Position numbers and translations under genes: made by a program. A stretch of 63,905 bases of DNA, filler included, from Octopus bimaculoides (taxonomy: Eukaryota): NCBI RefSeq assembly GCF_001194135.2. It is 4 parts of 4 records of this genome, joined end to end, with 100 filler letters (N's around TTAATTAATTAA, not from the genome) between each part and the next. Parts side by side here need not be neighbours in the genome. Positions count along the whole stretch, not along the records: positions 1 to 22,537 come from NC_068983.1; 3 more parts are not named here. One strand, written 5' to 3'. The notes beneath the pieces were generated by a model. It had not been told where the DNA came from. It did not search any database and saw only the letters and a list, made by a program, of their open reading frames with translations. The number at the start of each line of letters is the position of its first letter. Within the stretch, counting starts at the first letter, position 1. Shown one piece after another: positions 11,822 through 21,678 of this stretch.

Positions 11822-11987
11822 TGGCCAGCCTGTGGCTGAGATTCAGTTGGCTGTTGTTGGGACTAAGCGGGCTACTGGGAATACAAAGTATGTTCTGCTC
11901 ATCCAATGGAATCTGGCTTAGGAGCAGAATACCTTCACAGAACTGACGTCCCATCTCTTGTAGGTGATGAGTGGAAACCTGGGTGTT
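11822..11987 (-). CDS. AGTPBP1: CCP1-like exon: NTQVSTHHLQEMGRQFCEGILLLSQ...HRLA; 3' boundary uncertain
   Basis: Acceptor TTTTAG|AAC, phase 0, in register with the preceding exon. Matches human [21 protein letters not shown]. Donor A|GTATAA at 11821 was chosen for phase compatibility with the 8128 exon; the frame is otherwise open to a stop at 11682. Confidence 0.8.
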
Positions 11988-12143
11988 CTAAAAATAAAAA
12001 TAATAATAATGATAATAATGATAATAATTGGAAATACAAAGGTTGTGGTCAATGAAAAAAGAAATACGAAGGTTGTGGTCAAAGAAGAGTGAAATATGAA
12101 GGTTGTGTTTACAATGACGAAAGAAGAAGAAGTAAAAGCTTAC

Positions 12144-12320
12144 CCTGTATGTTCCCTGATCAAAGCCACAAAAAGTACTTTCCATGCAATAACTATTCAC
12201 AACCCCGAGTTGTCTCCAGACAACAACACGAGCGGACGTTTCTTTAATCTCTTCAACATGGAATTGAGAATCTTGTAGTGAAAATGCTGCAGCTGTTTGG
12301 TTGAGTATGTACGGCAGGAT
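12144..12320 (-). CDS. AGTPBP1: CCP1-like exon: [59 protein letters not shown]
   Basis: 177 nt, TTAG|ATC ... AGG|GTAAGC. Carries ARVVVWR (CCP1/4 type) and the catalytic Glu in SYCMES. Confidence 0.95.
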
Positions 12321-12559
12321 CTAAGAAAAGCAATGGACAACATTCAATGCACATCAGGTTCATATTGAAAAGACTTACATTGGTCATTGCTATGGTGTCT
12401 ATAACAAGGAACACCATATTGGAAAGACACTGGTCATTGCTATGGTGTCCGTAATTAGGAACACCATATTGAAATGACACGTACAATTTCAGTTTTGTAC
12501 ACAGAGTTTGAATTTTCAGAATTTTCTACAGACTAGAGCAGAGTGAACAATGTCATTGC

Positions 12560-12765
12560 AGAATGCTGAAAGCACAAGTTCCCCTGGGTCAGACATGTCA
12601 CAAGGTTCACAAACAACAGGTGGACCAGTGCAGCTGCTGAGTGGCATCCAAGAAATTGGAAAAGGCCACTTGGAAGGCCTCTGTGATGATAGGAAGATGA
12701 CATAATTAAGCAATTTGCACCAGGATAGAAAAGAATGGCACAATCAAGACAGAAATGGAAGTGCA
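12560..12765 (+). mobile_element. RTE-clade LINE 3' fragment (decayed)
   Basis: Translates with stops and shifts as KHKFPWVRHVTRFTNNRWTSAAAEWHPRNWKRPLGRP...EDDI...QDRKEW. This is the RTE C-terminal W-x-GH-x-R...RW...EW-x-P...KRP-x-GRP...DR-x-x-W signature. Confidence 0.75.
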
Positions 12766-13204
12766 CTGTGACTGGCAGTGTATAACAGCTTCTGATAGTT
12801 TGGTTGATGCTGTGATATTTAGATTAGTTTTACTGATATTTGAATGCATGAACCATATTGTCCATCTATGCAGTGTGGCACCAAAACAACTTCAAATTAT
12901 CTGCTTTTCTAACCAACCGGAAACAGTAACTTAGACTCATACTATATTAATGGGAATCTCTGGACACTAACAGAGAAGGGTTCAAGGCAAAATTTGCCCT
13001 CAATGTTGTCATATGGAATGGGTTTCTTTATAGAGTTATAATCCTTAATCTTTGACTAATATCACAAAGTATACAAAGAAACTCAAAATGAAACAAAAAT
13101 ATAAATAACAAGGCTTTCAAACAGAAGCATAAGACCACAAAGTTAGAATGTTGAGGTGGAAAGAGTGAATCAGTTCAATATCTGTATTTACCTGGTGGTA
13201 CTTA

Positions 13205-13388
13205 GAAGGGCGGAGCTAGGGTGGGGCAAACAGGGCATATGCCCTGGGCGCCACTTTGACGGGGGCACAATTTTGACCTAGATCATTTTCTAATTAAGCC
13301 ATTTCTATGTGAATATCCACTTTTTGGTTGGGGTGGGGCGCAATTTTGATGCTTGCCTCAGACGCCATTTACCCTAGCCACGCCCCTG
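13205..13388. mobile_element. hAT-type MITE with 8-bp TSD inserted in a family A SINE tail
   Basis: TIRs (G)AAGGGCGGAGCTAGGG / CCCTAGCCACGCCCCTG. Flanks GGTACTTA (13197-13204) and GGGACTTA (13389-13396). SINE text CTGGT..GGTACTTA|ATTCATTGACCCC resumes after the insertion. Confidence 0.75.
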
Positions 13389-13578
13389 GGGACTTAATTC
13401 ATTGACCCCAGAGATTTGAAAGAAAGTCAACCTCTTTAAGGTTAGGAATTAGAATGTAAAGGGAGATAATCACATACAGCAACACGTTTCTCCACTGTAC
13501 AATCAAGAATAGGAAAATTAAAATAATGTAAAAAAAAAAAAAACGAGAACTGAAAAAGGGAAAAATAATGATACTTAC

Positions 13579-13713
13579 TTGGTATGAAATATCCTCACCC
13601 CATTCATGGTATGTAGGATTGTCTGCATCGAACGTTTGCCAAGATTTTAAAGGAGAACAACCATAAAGAAAGATGTTCTTTTTCTGAGAGTGTCCATGTA
13701 GATCACAGTAAAT
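13579..13713 (-). CDS. AGTPBP1: CCP1-like exon: [45 protein letters not shown]
   Basis: 135 nt, TTCTAG|ATT ... CAA|GTAAGT. DxHGH third zinc ligand; matches human VYCDYHGHSRKKNVFMYGC. Confidence 0.95.
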
Positions 13714-13904
13714 CTAGAAGCAAAGATCAACCAACGTAAATATCTTCTGCAGTGTTCCGACTGTCTCGTCGAGAGACATTTTATGTTAGTGTCTTACAAT
13801 GTCTCTCACTGCCACTAGACAATATATTCCCACAAATGACACCTTGTCTTTCAAAGTCATCCACCCCAGAATGTGCAGTTAATGTCAATTTTCTATCACA
13901 ATTA

Positions 13905-14175
13905 TCATTAGTTCATCCGTTGTTGTCGACGATGACCAAGGACGTCACATGGGAGAAGAAGACGGGGCATGGTGTATCCAGCTGTGGCCAATCAGTTTGA
14001 TGTGTGTTTAGAAGGCTCTGCCGCAGATCAGGCAAGTCCAGGAGTTGGCTCTGGACTTGCGTAGTTCGTGTTTTCTTTGTGCCTCTGCAATTTTGTTCTG
14101 TTTGTAGGAGGTGGCGCCTCTCCTAGTGAATCTTCACTGGGCAGAGCAGTCTTGTGCTTGCATTTCCACAAAGTA
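13905..14175 (-). mobile_element. RTE/BovB-like LINE 3' fragment
   Basis: Minus translation AQD...RRGATSYKQNKIAEAQRKHELRKSRANSWTCLICGRAF*THIKLIGHSWIHH (single C-terminal C2H2-like motif), then 3' UTR GTCATCGTCGACAACAACGGATGAAC. Confidence 0.8.
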
Positions 14176-14391
14176 ATATATTATGTCAAAAATGTCTCCC
14201 AAGTACCAGAAGTGATGTTAAGTGACACTTCAACAAAGAGCTCTTCACATGCACAAACTTCTAAGTAACATTAAGCAACACTTTGTCGTGTAATCTCCTC
14301 CAAAAGGGATTAATGAACAACAAGGTATCAGCTGGGACAGAGGTGCTGGGTGGGGTAATGTTTAGTCTTATATTGTCGATTATGTTTCTAT

Positions 14392-14510
14392 CAGCAGTTC
14401 TCAACCTGGGTTCATATGATTTCTGGGGGTCTGCGTAAGATTTGGGGGAGTCCATGCAAGCAAATTAGTAATCTGGGGACCCACAGTAGTATATTAAGGG
14501 TCTGTGAAGA
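14392..14510. mobile_element. Truncated hAT/Charlie-like MITE end
   Basis: Begins CAGCAGTTCTCAACCTGGG (CAGTGGTTCTCAAC-type TIR). No partner TIR found. Confidence 0.4.
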
Positions 14511-14631
14511 ACTGTAGCTTTAGCTGTATTTATTACAAGAAACAGCTCAGTTTTCTTCTCTGACATTTTACATGGTTCAACCTACACAAGTTAATGCGAG
14601 AAAAACAAAATGGGAATTTTGAAAGAAGTCA

Positions 14632-14822
14632 TCATCATCATCGTTTAACATCCACTTTCCATGCTGGCATGGGTTGGACGATTCGACTGAGGACTGGTGA
14701 GCCATATGGCTACACCAGGCTCCAATCTGATCTGGCAGAGTTTCTACAATTGGATGCCCTTCCTAACGCCAACCACTCAGAGAGTGTAGAGGGTGCGTTT
14801 TATGTGCCACCGGCACGAAGGG
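14632..14822 (-). mobile_element. Family D SINE-like element with (GAT)n tail (also about 17575-17860, 21712-21850; partial opposite-strand copies 16520-16600, 17220-17290, 17400-17470)
   Basis: Shared CATCATCATCGTTTAAC(A/G)TCC(A/G)CTTTCCATGCTGGCATGGGTTGG...GGATGCCCTTCCTAAC(A/G)CCAA. Confidence 0.8.
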
Positions 14823-15448
14823 ATCTATAAAATTAGTTTTTCAACATCGAATGGCTATGGGGTCCACCAGAATAGAATGGTATCCTTTACAACCTCCATG
14901 CTTCCTGAAATTCGTCAACACTACACCTGATATCCCCCCTCCATACGCATGCACACATGTATATCATGACTCATACACTGTTCGCTTTCCTGACTTTTGT
15001 ACATAATTCTATGTACTGCACATGCATCTTTCATGAGTTGTAGTGCATCTGAACACTATACACAATAATTTCATTATTATTATTATTATTATATAAAAAA
15101 GGATGTCTATAGACGAGAGATGGTTGACAACCAGCCACTGGTTTATAGACTAACATTATTGCATCTTCCACTGTTCTACTCTCTTCATAGCTTCACAAGT
15201 CTGTCTTTTATGGTGTTGGTCTCAACACCATAAAAGACAGTCTTCTTATTTCATTCTGTCACTATAACTACGAATGGAAGGGAGCAAGACGCAGTCCTTT
15301 GACCTGCCTGGGAGAGATAAGAACTGACTTGGACCAAGACGACTTATCAAAACATGATGGCCACATGAACATAACATGTAGCCCAAACAAATGAAGAAAA
15401 CACAAGCAGGAATTGGTTTTTTTCATTCCAGCTGACAAGAGTACTTAC

Positions 15449-15578
15449 TGTTGGTAATTTATTAATGAGCCTCATGTAAGAGAGAACCCCTTTAGCATGG
15501 AATATTATTGGATGAAGTTTTGAACAAGGGTACAGCCAGCGCCGATTCAAATCATTTCCAGCCAAGGAGCAGCGGTGA
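15449..15578 (-). CDS. AGTPBP1: CCP1-like exon: (S)HRCSLAGNDLNRRWLYPCSKLHPIIFHAKGVLSYMRLINKLPT
   Basis: 130 nt, CCTAG|T ... ACA|GTAAGT. Phases 2 and 0 fit both neighbours. Matches human HRCSLSGEDLNRQW...LHPTIYHAKGLL. Confidence 0.95.
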
Positions 15579-16754
15579 CTAGGAGATAATAATAATGATA
15601 ATAATAACAACAACAATAACAATAATAATAATAATAACAATAATAATGATCACTAGGACTAACAANNNNNNNNNNNNNNNNNNNNNNNNNNNNNNNNNNN
15701 NNNNNNNNNNNNNNNNNNNNNNNNNNNNNNNNNNNNNNNNNNNNNNNNNNNNNNNNNNNNNNNNNNNNNNNNNNNNNNNNNNNNNNNNNNNNNNNNNNNN
15801 NNNNNNNNNNNNNNNNNNNNNNNNNNNNNNNNNNNNNNNNNNNNNNNNNNNNNNNNNNNNNNNNNNNNNNNNNNNNNNNNNNNNNNNNNNNNNNNNNNNN
15901 NNNNNNNNNNNNNNNNNNNNNNNNNNNNNNNNNNNNNNNNNNNNNNNNNNNNNNNNNNNNNNNNNNNNNNNNNNNNNNNNNNNNNNNNNNNNNNNNNNNN
16001 NNNNNNNNNNNNNNNNNNNNNNNNNNNNNNNNNNNNNNNNNNNNNNNNNNNNNNNNNNNNNNNNNNNNNNNNNNNNNNNNNNNNNNNNNNNNNNNNNNNN
16101 NNNNNNNNNNNNNNNNNNNNNNNNNNNNNNNNNNNNNNNNNNNNNNNNNNNNNNNNNNNNNNNNNNNNNNNNNNNNNNNNNNNNNNNNNNNNNNNNNNNN
16201 NNNNNNNNNNNNNNNNNNNNNNNNNNNNNNNNNNNNNNNNNNNNNNNNNNNNNNNNNNNNNNNNTATTGGTTAAAGTAGTGAGGAAAGTCAAACAAGTGG
16301 GCAATGCAAGACAAGGACATTTAATTCAATCTAAATTTAGTTACATAACGAATGGTAAAAGCAGTAAAGAAATGGTAAAGCTAGTCTCTTTACAAGACTA
16401 ACATAACACTTTGGTAGACATTCATATACAGCCATACATCTATAAAATAGTAACTAACCACCAACATACACAAACACCCTCAAAGATAGGCACACATGCA
16501 GATAGAGTATATAACACATAAGCATACACGGAGCCTGGTGCAGCCACTGGCTCTTCAGACCTCAGTCAAACCGTCCAACCCATGCCAGCATGGATATCTG
16601 GCTCTGGGATCTTGTCCTATAGAGTTTGCAGTTTTTTGCACAGGTAGTTTAACACTAAAAGAACCGAGCGGTTATTTATGACTACTTTTGCTTTTTACTT
16701 TTTAATTTCTACGACTGTATTGAACGTGCAATCTTGAACATCATTACGTATACA

Positions 16755-17010
16755 TGCTCTTTTACTTGTTTCAGTCATTTGTGGCCATGCTGGAGCACTG
16801 CCTTTTAGTCGAACAAATTTTTTTCCCAGGACTTTTTCTTTGTAAGCCTAGTACTTATTCCATTGGTTTCTTCCGCCGAACTGCTAAGTTATGGGGGACA
16901 TAAACACACCAACAACAGTTGTCAAGCGATGGTGGTGGAGACAAACATACACACACACATATACAAAGTGCTTCTTTCAGTTTCTGTCTACCAAATCTAC
17001 TCACAAGGCT
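16755..17010 (-). mobile_element. Family B SINE, 5'-truncated at 17010
   Basis: CTCTTTTACTTGTTTCAGTCATTTG...GGCCATGCTGGAGCAC...TTTCAGTTTCTGTCTACCAAATCTACTCACAAGGCTT, then an unrelated hairpin. Confidence 0.85.
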
Positions 17011-18017
17011 TTATATATCACAGGATAACCCCGTATCTCCTCTACAACAACAGGTTTGTTGCTGTAGAGGAGATACGCCAGTTATCCTGTAATATATAAC
17101 AAGCCTGTTGCTGCCATTTTATCACATTTGAATCCCTAAAAACTCAACATAAATCTGCTTCCCTCTCTACTAAACTCCCACCCAATCAAAGGGGCTCTTT
17201 GAATTACATGGCAACCTCATTTGTGCCATGAAAAGGGCACCCAGAACACTCTGTAAAGTGGTTGGCATCGGGAAGGGCATCCAGTCATAGAAACCTTGAC
17301 TCATTGATTTTCAATCACATGGCTGTGGGTTCAATCTCACTGTGTGGCACCTTGGGCAGGTGTTTTCTACTTTAGCCCCAGACTAAAAGCCCTGACTCAT
17401 TGGATCCCTGTTAAACCATCCATCCAATGCCAGCAAGGAAGGTGGATATTAAATGATGATGATCATCATGATGATTGTGTGAGTCCTACTGTTTGACAAC
17501 TGGTGTTAGTTTGTTTACATTCCCATAACTTAGAGGTTTGGCAAAAAGTGATCAATATAATTAGTACATTATCATCATCATCATCGTTTAACGTCCGCTT
17601 TCCATGCTGGCATGGGTTGGATGGTTTGACTGAGGACTGGCAAGCCAGAAGGCTGCACCAGGCTCCAATCTGATCTGGCAAGGTTTTTACAGCTGGATGC
17701 CCTTCCTAACACCAACCACTCCAAGAGTGTAGTGGGTACTTTTTGCATGCTACCGGCATGGGAGACAGTCAGGTGGTACTGGCATTGACCATGCTCAAAT
17801 GGTGCTTTTTACGTGCCACCAGCACGGGAGCCAGTCAGGCGGCACTGGCAACGACCACCAATCTCAAAAATAAATAGAGCGGTCAGGGCTGATTTGATTG
17901 ACTAAACCCATGAAGTCTGTGTTCCAGCATGGTCGCAGTCCAATGACTAAAACAAGCAAAAGAATAAGAGATTAAAGAATATGGCATGAAGATATATTTT
18001 CCCCCTAAAATACTCAC

Positions 18018-18126
18018 CTGCCATTGATAACGCCATCAGGGTTGATCATTGGAATTATCTTGAAGATGTGATTCTTCAATAGTTTCAGAGCACTTGGTCT
18101 GTTGCTAAGAAGGAAGTCAATAATAC
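18018..18126 (-). CDS. AGTPBP1: CCP1-like exon: (G)[35 protein letters not shown](S)
   Basis: 109 nt, TTTTCAG|GT ... AG|GTGAGT. Contains the M14 FKIxPMxNPDG motif. Confidence 0.95.
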
Positions 18127-18171
18127 CTGAAAAATATAATAATGGATTCCATGTTACATATTCTTTTCTAC

Positions 18172-19350
18172 TCTAGGCACAAGGCCTAAAATTTTTGAGG
18201 AGGGATCGGTTGATTAGATCGACCCCACTACGCAATTGGTACTTAATTTATTGACCCTGAAAGGATGAAAGGCAAATTCAACCTCAGTGGAATTTGAACT
18301 CAGAACGTAAAGACAAATACTGCTAAGCATTTCACCCGGCATGCTAACAATTCTGCCAGCTCGCTGCCTTACATGTTACATGTTGAAGAAACAGATCTGT
18401 TTCTGCGGCTATGAGGTCAATGTATTTCTGATCACGAGGTCAAAGTACTTGTGGTCAAAAGGACATTGTATGTGTGGTCATGGGGGGAGGAGGGGGAAGA
18501 GGAATCGATTACATTCCCTGCCCCCCGCACTTGACTGGTACATAATTTTATTGACCCTGAATGGACGAAAGGCAAAGTTGGTATTGCTAAGATTTGAACT
18601 CAGAACATAAGGATCCAGCAGGTATGCTGTCAAGCATTTTGTCCAATGCACTAAGAAATTTGCTTGATGATAATAATAATAATAACAATAATAACAATGA
18701 TGATGACAATGATGATGATGATTCTTTCAACAATAGGCAAAAGGCTTGAAATTTTGTGCAGAAGGTCAAGTTGATGGCATCACTCCCAGTGCTCAAGTGG
18801 GACTTAGGTTATCAACCCCAAATGGATGGTACTTATTTTATCAACCCTGAAAGGATGAAAAGCAAAATCAACCTTGGCAGAATTTGAACTCAGAATGGGA
18901 AGATAGACAAAATGCCACTACACATTTTGTCCAGCATGCTAATGATTCTGCCAGCTTAATAGTAATAACAATCCTTTCTACTAAAGGCACAAGGTCTGAA
19001 GTTTTGGGGGAGGGGACTTGTCGATTACATTGACCCCCAGTGTTTTACTGGTAGCCAAGACATTACACCCTTTAAAACCTCCATGCTTCCTGAAATTCAC
19101 CAACACTACACCTGATATCCCCACCCCCTCCATATGCATGCACACATGTATATCATGACTCATACTTTGTTTATCTTCCTGACTTTTGCACATAATTCTA
19201 TGTACTGTACATGCACCTTTGATAAGTTGTAGACCCCAAAAGGGTGAAAGGCAAAATCTACCTCGGCAGAATTTGAACTCAGAATGTAAAGATGGACAAA
19301 ATGCAGCAAAGTGTTTTGCCCAGTGTGCTAACTATTCTGCCAGTTCACCA
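18172..19350 (-). mobile_element. Cluster of about four family A SINEs (18172-18369, 18490-18665, 18735-18957, 19235-19350 plus fragments), all minus strand
   Basis: Repeated GACCC(C/T)(G/A)AAAGG(A/G)TGAAA(G/A)GCAAA...GAATTTGAACTCAGAA. Confidence 0.85.
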
Positions 19351-19517
19351 CTTTAAAAATAACAACGACCTTTTTGAATACAATGCTCAGGTAATCTACA
19401 CAATTGAAAGATCTGAGGTATTCAAGAGAGGTAGGAAAAAAAGAAGTACTCACCTATCTCTCAACATTTATTGTTTCTTGGTGAAGAAGAAGAAGAAGAA
19501 GAAGAAGAAGAGCTTAC

Positions 19518-19586
19518 CTTTCATCACCCAACTTGAGTTACTTTCACCTGGATGAACACGGGCCGATAGAAATACATAGCTTTTTT
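19518..19586 (-). CDS. AGTPBP1: CCP1-like exon: (x)[22 protein letters not shown](G); most 5' exon found
   Basis: 69 nt, CCACAG|AA ... G|GTAAGC. HPGE = HxxE zinc ligands; matches human [21 protein letters not shown]. Confidence 0.95.
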
Positions 19587-19974
19587 CTGTGGAAATAATT
19601 TAGAAATCAATAAATACAACAGGTTTACATGTGATTTCGATGTTACATTTGTTGACAGCATGTGAAATAACCTGGAAAAGGAAAACAAAACCCATGAGAC
19701 AAAACTCCATCGCTGGGAAACTCAAAGTTTCCCGGTGACCCAATGGGTCATGGCTAGTCAAGTGCATATATCTACCTTTCAGTCTGCCTATCTGTCTACC
19801 TAACTACTTTCCTACCCACTTGCCATTTTGTTTCCCTTCCCACTCTTTTAATCCCCCCCCCACCACCACTCATTAAAAACACTGCTCAGTGTAGTCTCTA
19901 GACCTGCTTGAAATAGCAGCGAAATCTTCTTCACTCACACATGGTAAGGACACACATTAGATAATGTAGTCCTA

Positions 19975-20811
19975 GGTAGATAACAAAAAAAGAACAAAGT
20001 TATGACTGTTTGTTTCTTGAATCTGAGGGTGATGATATAGTTCTTTACTTTTTTGTGAATATAGTTCTATAAGGGGACTTTTAACATATGTCACCGGTGT
20101 CATTGGGATAAGGAAAAAATTATCAACAACACCGCTAATTGACACATTTGACACATTAATAAGTATAATAGCATAGCCTGGAAAAAACATGGATTACATG
20201 GAAAAATGCGAGCAAGAGAAATAATATCTTAAGATTATAAACCTGGAAAAGTACAGAAGTTTTTACACTTGGAAAAGTTCAGGACAAGTTGTTACATCTG
20301 GTAAAGTACAGAACAAGAAAATCTTTACTTAAAATATGGCAGCTAAGAATAAAATTTGAATATTAAAATTATTTAATTTCAATTTACAAAGTAACATTAT
20401 AATTAAAAAGGTACCATCATTTTGTAAAAATATTGACACACTAGAATACTTAAAAAATAAGAGCCAATTATTTTTTATAACCTATTTTCAAATTTCTAAT
20501 TATTAATTAATAATTAAAAAAGTGAATTTTTTTAAAGTGCAAAAAATATTTTGATTGAGTTATTTTTAATTTTTAATATAAGTAACAAATAGTAACAAAT
20601 AGAAGTAATAACATCTAATAAAATTTTTAGTTTTAATAAAAGCTAATATTTTCTAAATCTAAATATTTTATTTGAAATTTTATCCTTAAGCTGCAATATT
20701 TTAAGTAAAAATTTTCTTCTTCTGTATTTTACCAGATGTAATAATTTGTCCTGAACTTTTCCGAGTGTAAGAACTTGTCCTGTACTTTTCTAGGTTGATA
20801 ATCTTAAGAAT
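19975..20811. mobile_element. Foldback/palindromic element, copy 2 (runs into N gap)
   Basis: 20193-20360 is inverted relative to 20665-20811. Homologous in reverse orientation to 1981-3500 but lacks about 570 bp of internal sequence. Confidence 0.8.
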
Positions 20812-21162
20812 NNNNNNNNNNNNNNNNNNNNNNNNNNNNNNNNNNNNNNNNNNNNNNNNNNNNNNNNNNNNNNNNNNNNNNNNNNNNNNNNNNNNNNNNN
20901 NNNNNNNNNNNNNNNNNNNNNNNNNNNNNNNNNNNNNNNNNNNNNNNNNNNNNNNNNNNNNNNNNNNNNNNNNNNNNNNNNNNNNNNNNNNNNNNNNNNN
21001 NNNNNNNNNNNNNNNNNNNNNNNNNNNNNNNNNNNNNNNNNNNNNNNNNNNNNNNNNNNNNNNNNNNNNNNNNNNNNNNNNNNNNNNNNNNNNNNNNNNN
21101 NNNNNNNNNNNNNNNNNNNNNNNNNNNNNNNNNNNNNNNNNNNNNNNNNNNNNNNNNNNNNN

Positions 21163-21209
<47 letters not shown>

Positions 21210-21474
21210 ACAGAACAATGTTTTGGGTGTTTCTATCCCACAAAAGAGAAATAAAATTGGAAAAAATTAAAATAATAATGAGCTTAATCTATATGATGCT
21301 TAAGTGTATTATATATCATGGAAAAAATGTAGACATATAAGTCATGAAAAGAAAGACAGCAACGAAAAGCTAGAAATATTTGGATGGTACATTGAACGTT
21401 AAGGTAGAATGCTAATGAGATAACTGGGAAACAAACTCAAATTATAGAATTAGTCAACATTATCATCATCATCT

Positions 21475-21678
21475 TTTCTACTAAAGGTACAAGGCCTGAA
21501 ATTTGGGGGAAGGGGATAGTCGATTATATTGACCCCAGTGAGTAACTTTTACTTAATTTATCGACCCCGAAATGATGAAAGGCAAAGTTGACATTGGTGG
21601 AATTTGAACTCAGAACGTAGTTAATACTGTTAAGCATTTCGCCCGGCATGCAAACGATTCTGCCAGCTCGCTGCCTTC
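21475..21678 (-). mobile_element. Family A SINE
   Basis: TTTTCTACTAAAGGTACAAGGCC...GACCCCGAAATGATGAAAGGCAAAG...CTGCCAGCTCGCTGCCTT. Confidence 0.85.

Noticed and set aside
12361-12480. Palindromic repeat units suggestive of a CRISPR array
   Set aside because: Only about 2.3 contiguous units, no unique spacers, no cas genes, and a eukaryotic intron context.
12516-12766. Minus-strand ORFs resembling an NTR/SFRP Cys motif (VCEPCD…LSAFC) or a COR-like GLPSGLF
   Set aside because: The plus strand is clearly an RTE C-terminal fragment, so these are antisense shadows.
14032-14060. 10-bp stem GCAAGTCCAG/CTGGACTTGC
   Set aside because: Short and inside an RTE coding remnant; likely incidental.
19445-19500. 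Strong donor-like AG|GTGAGT on the minus strand just inside the intron after the HPGE exon
   Set aside because: No plausible coding exon precedes it, only a (CTT)n tract; the upstream GTAAGC donor gives the homologous, in-phase junction.
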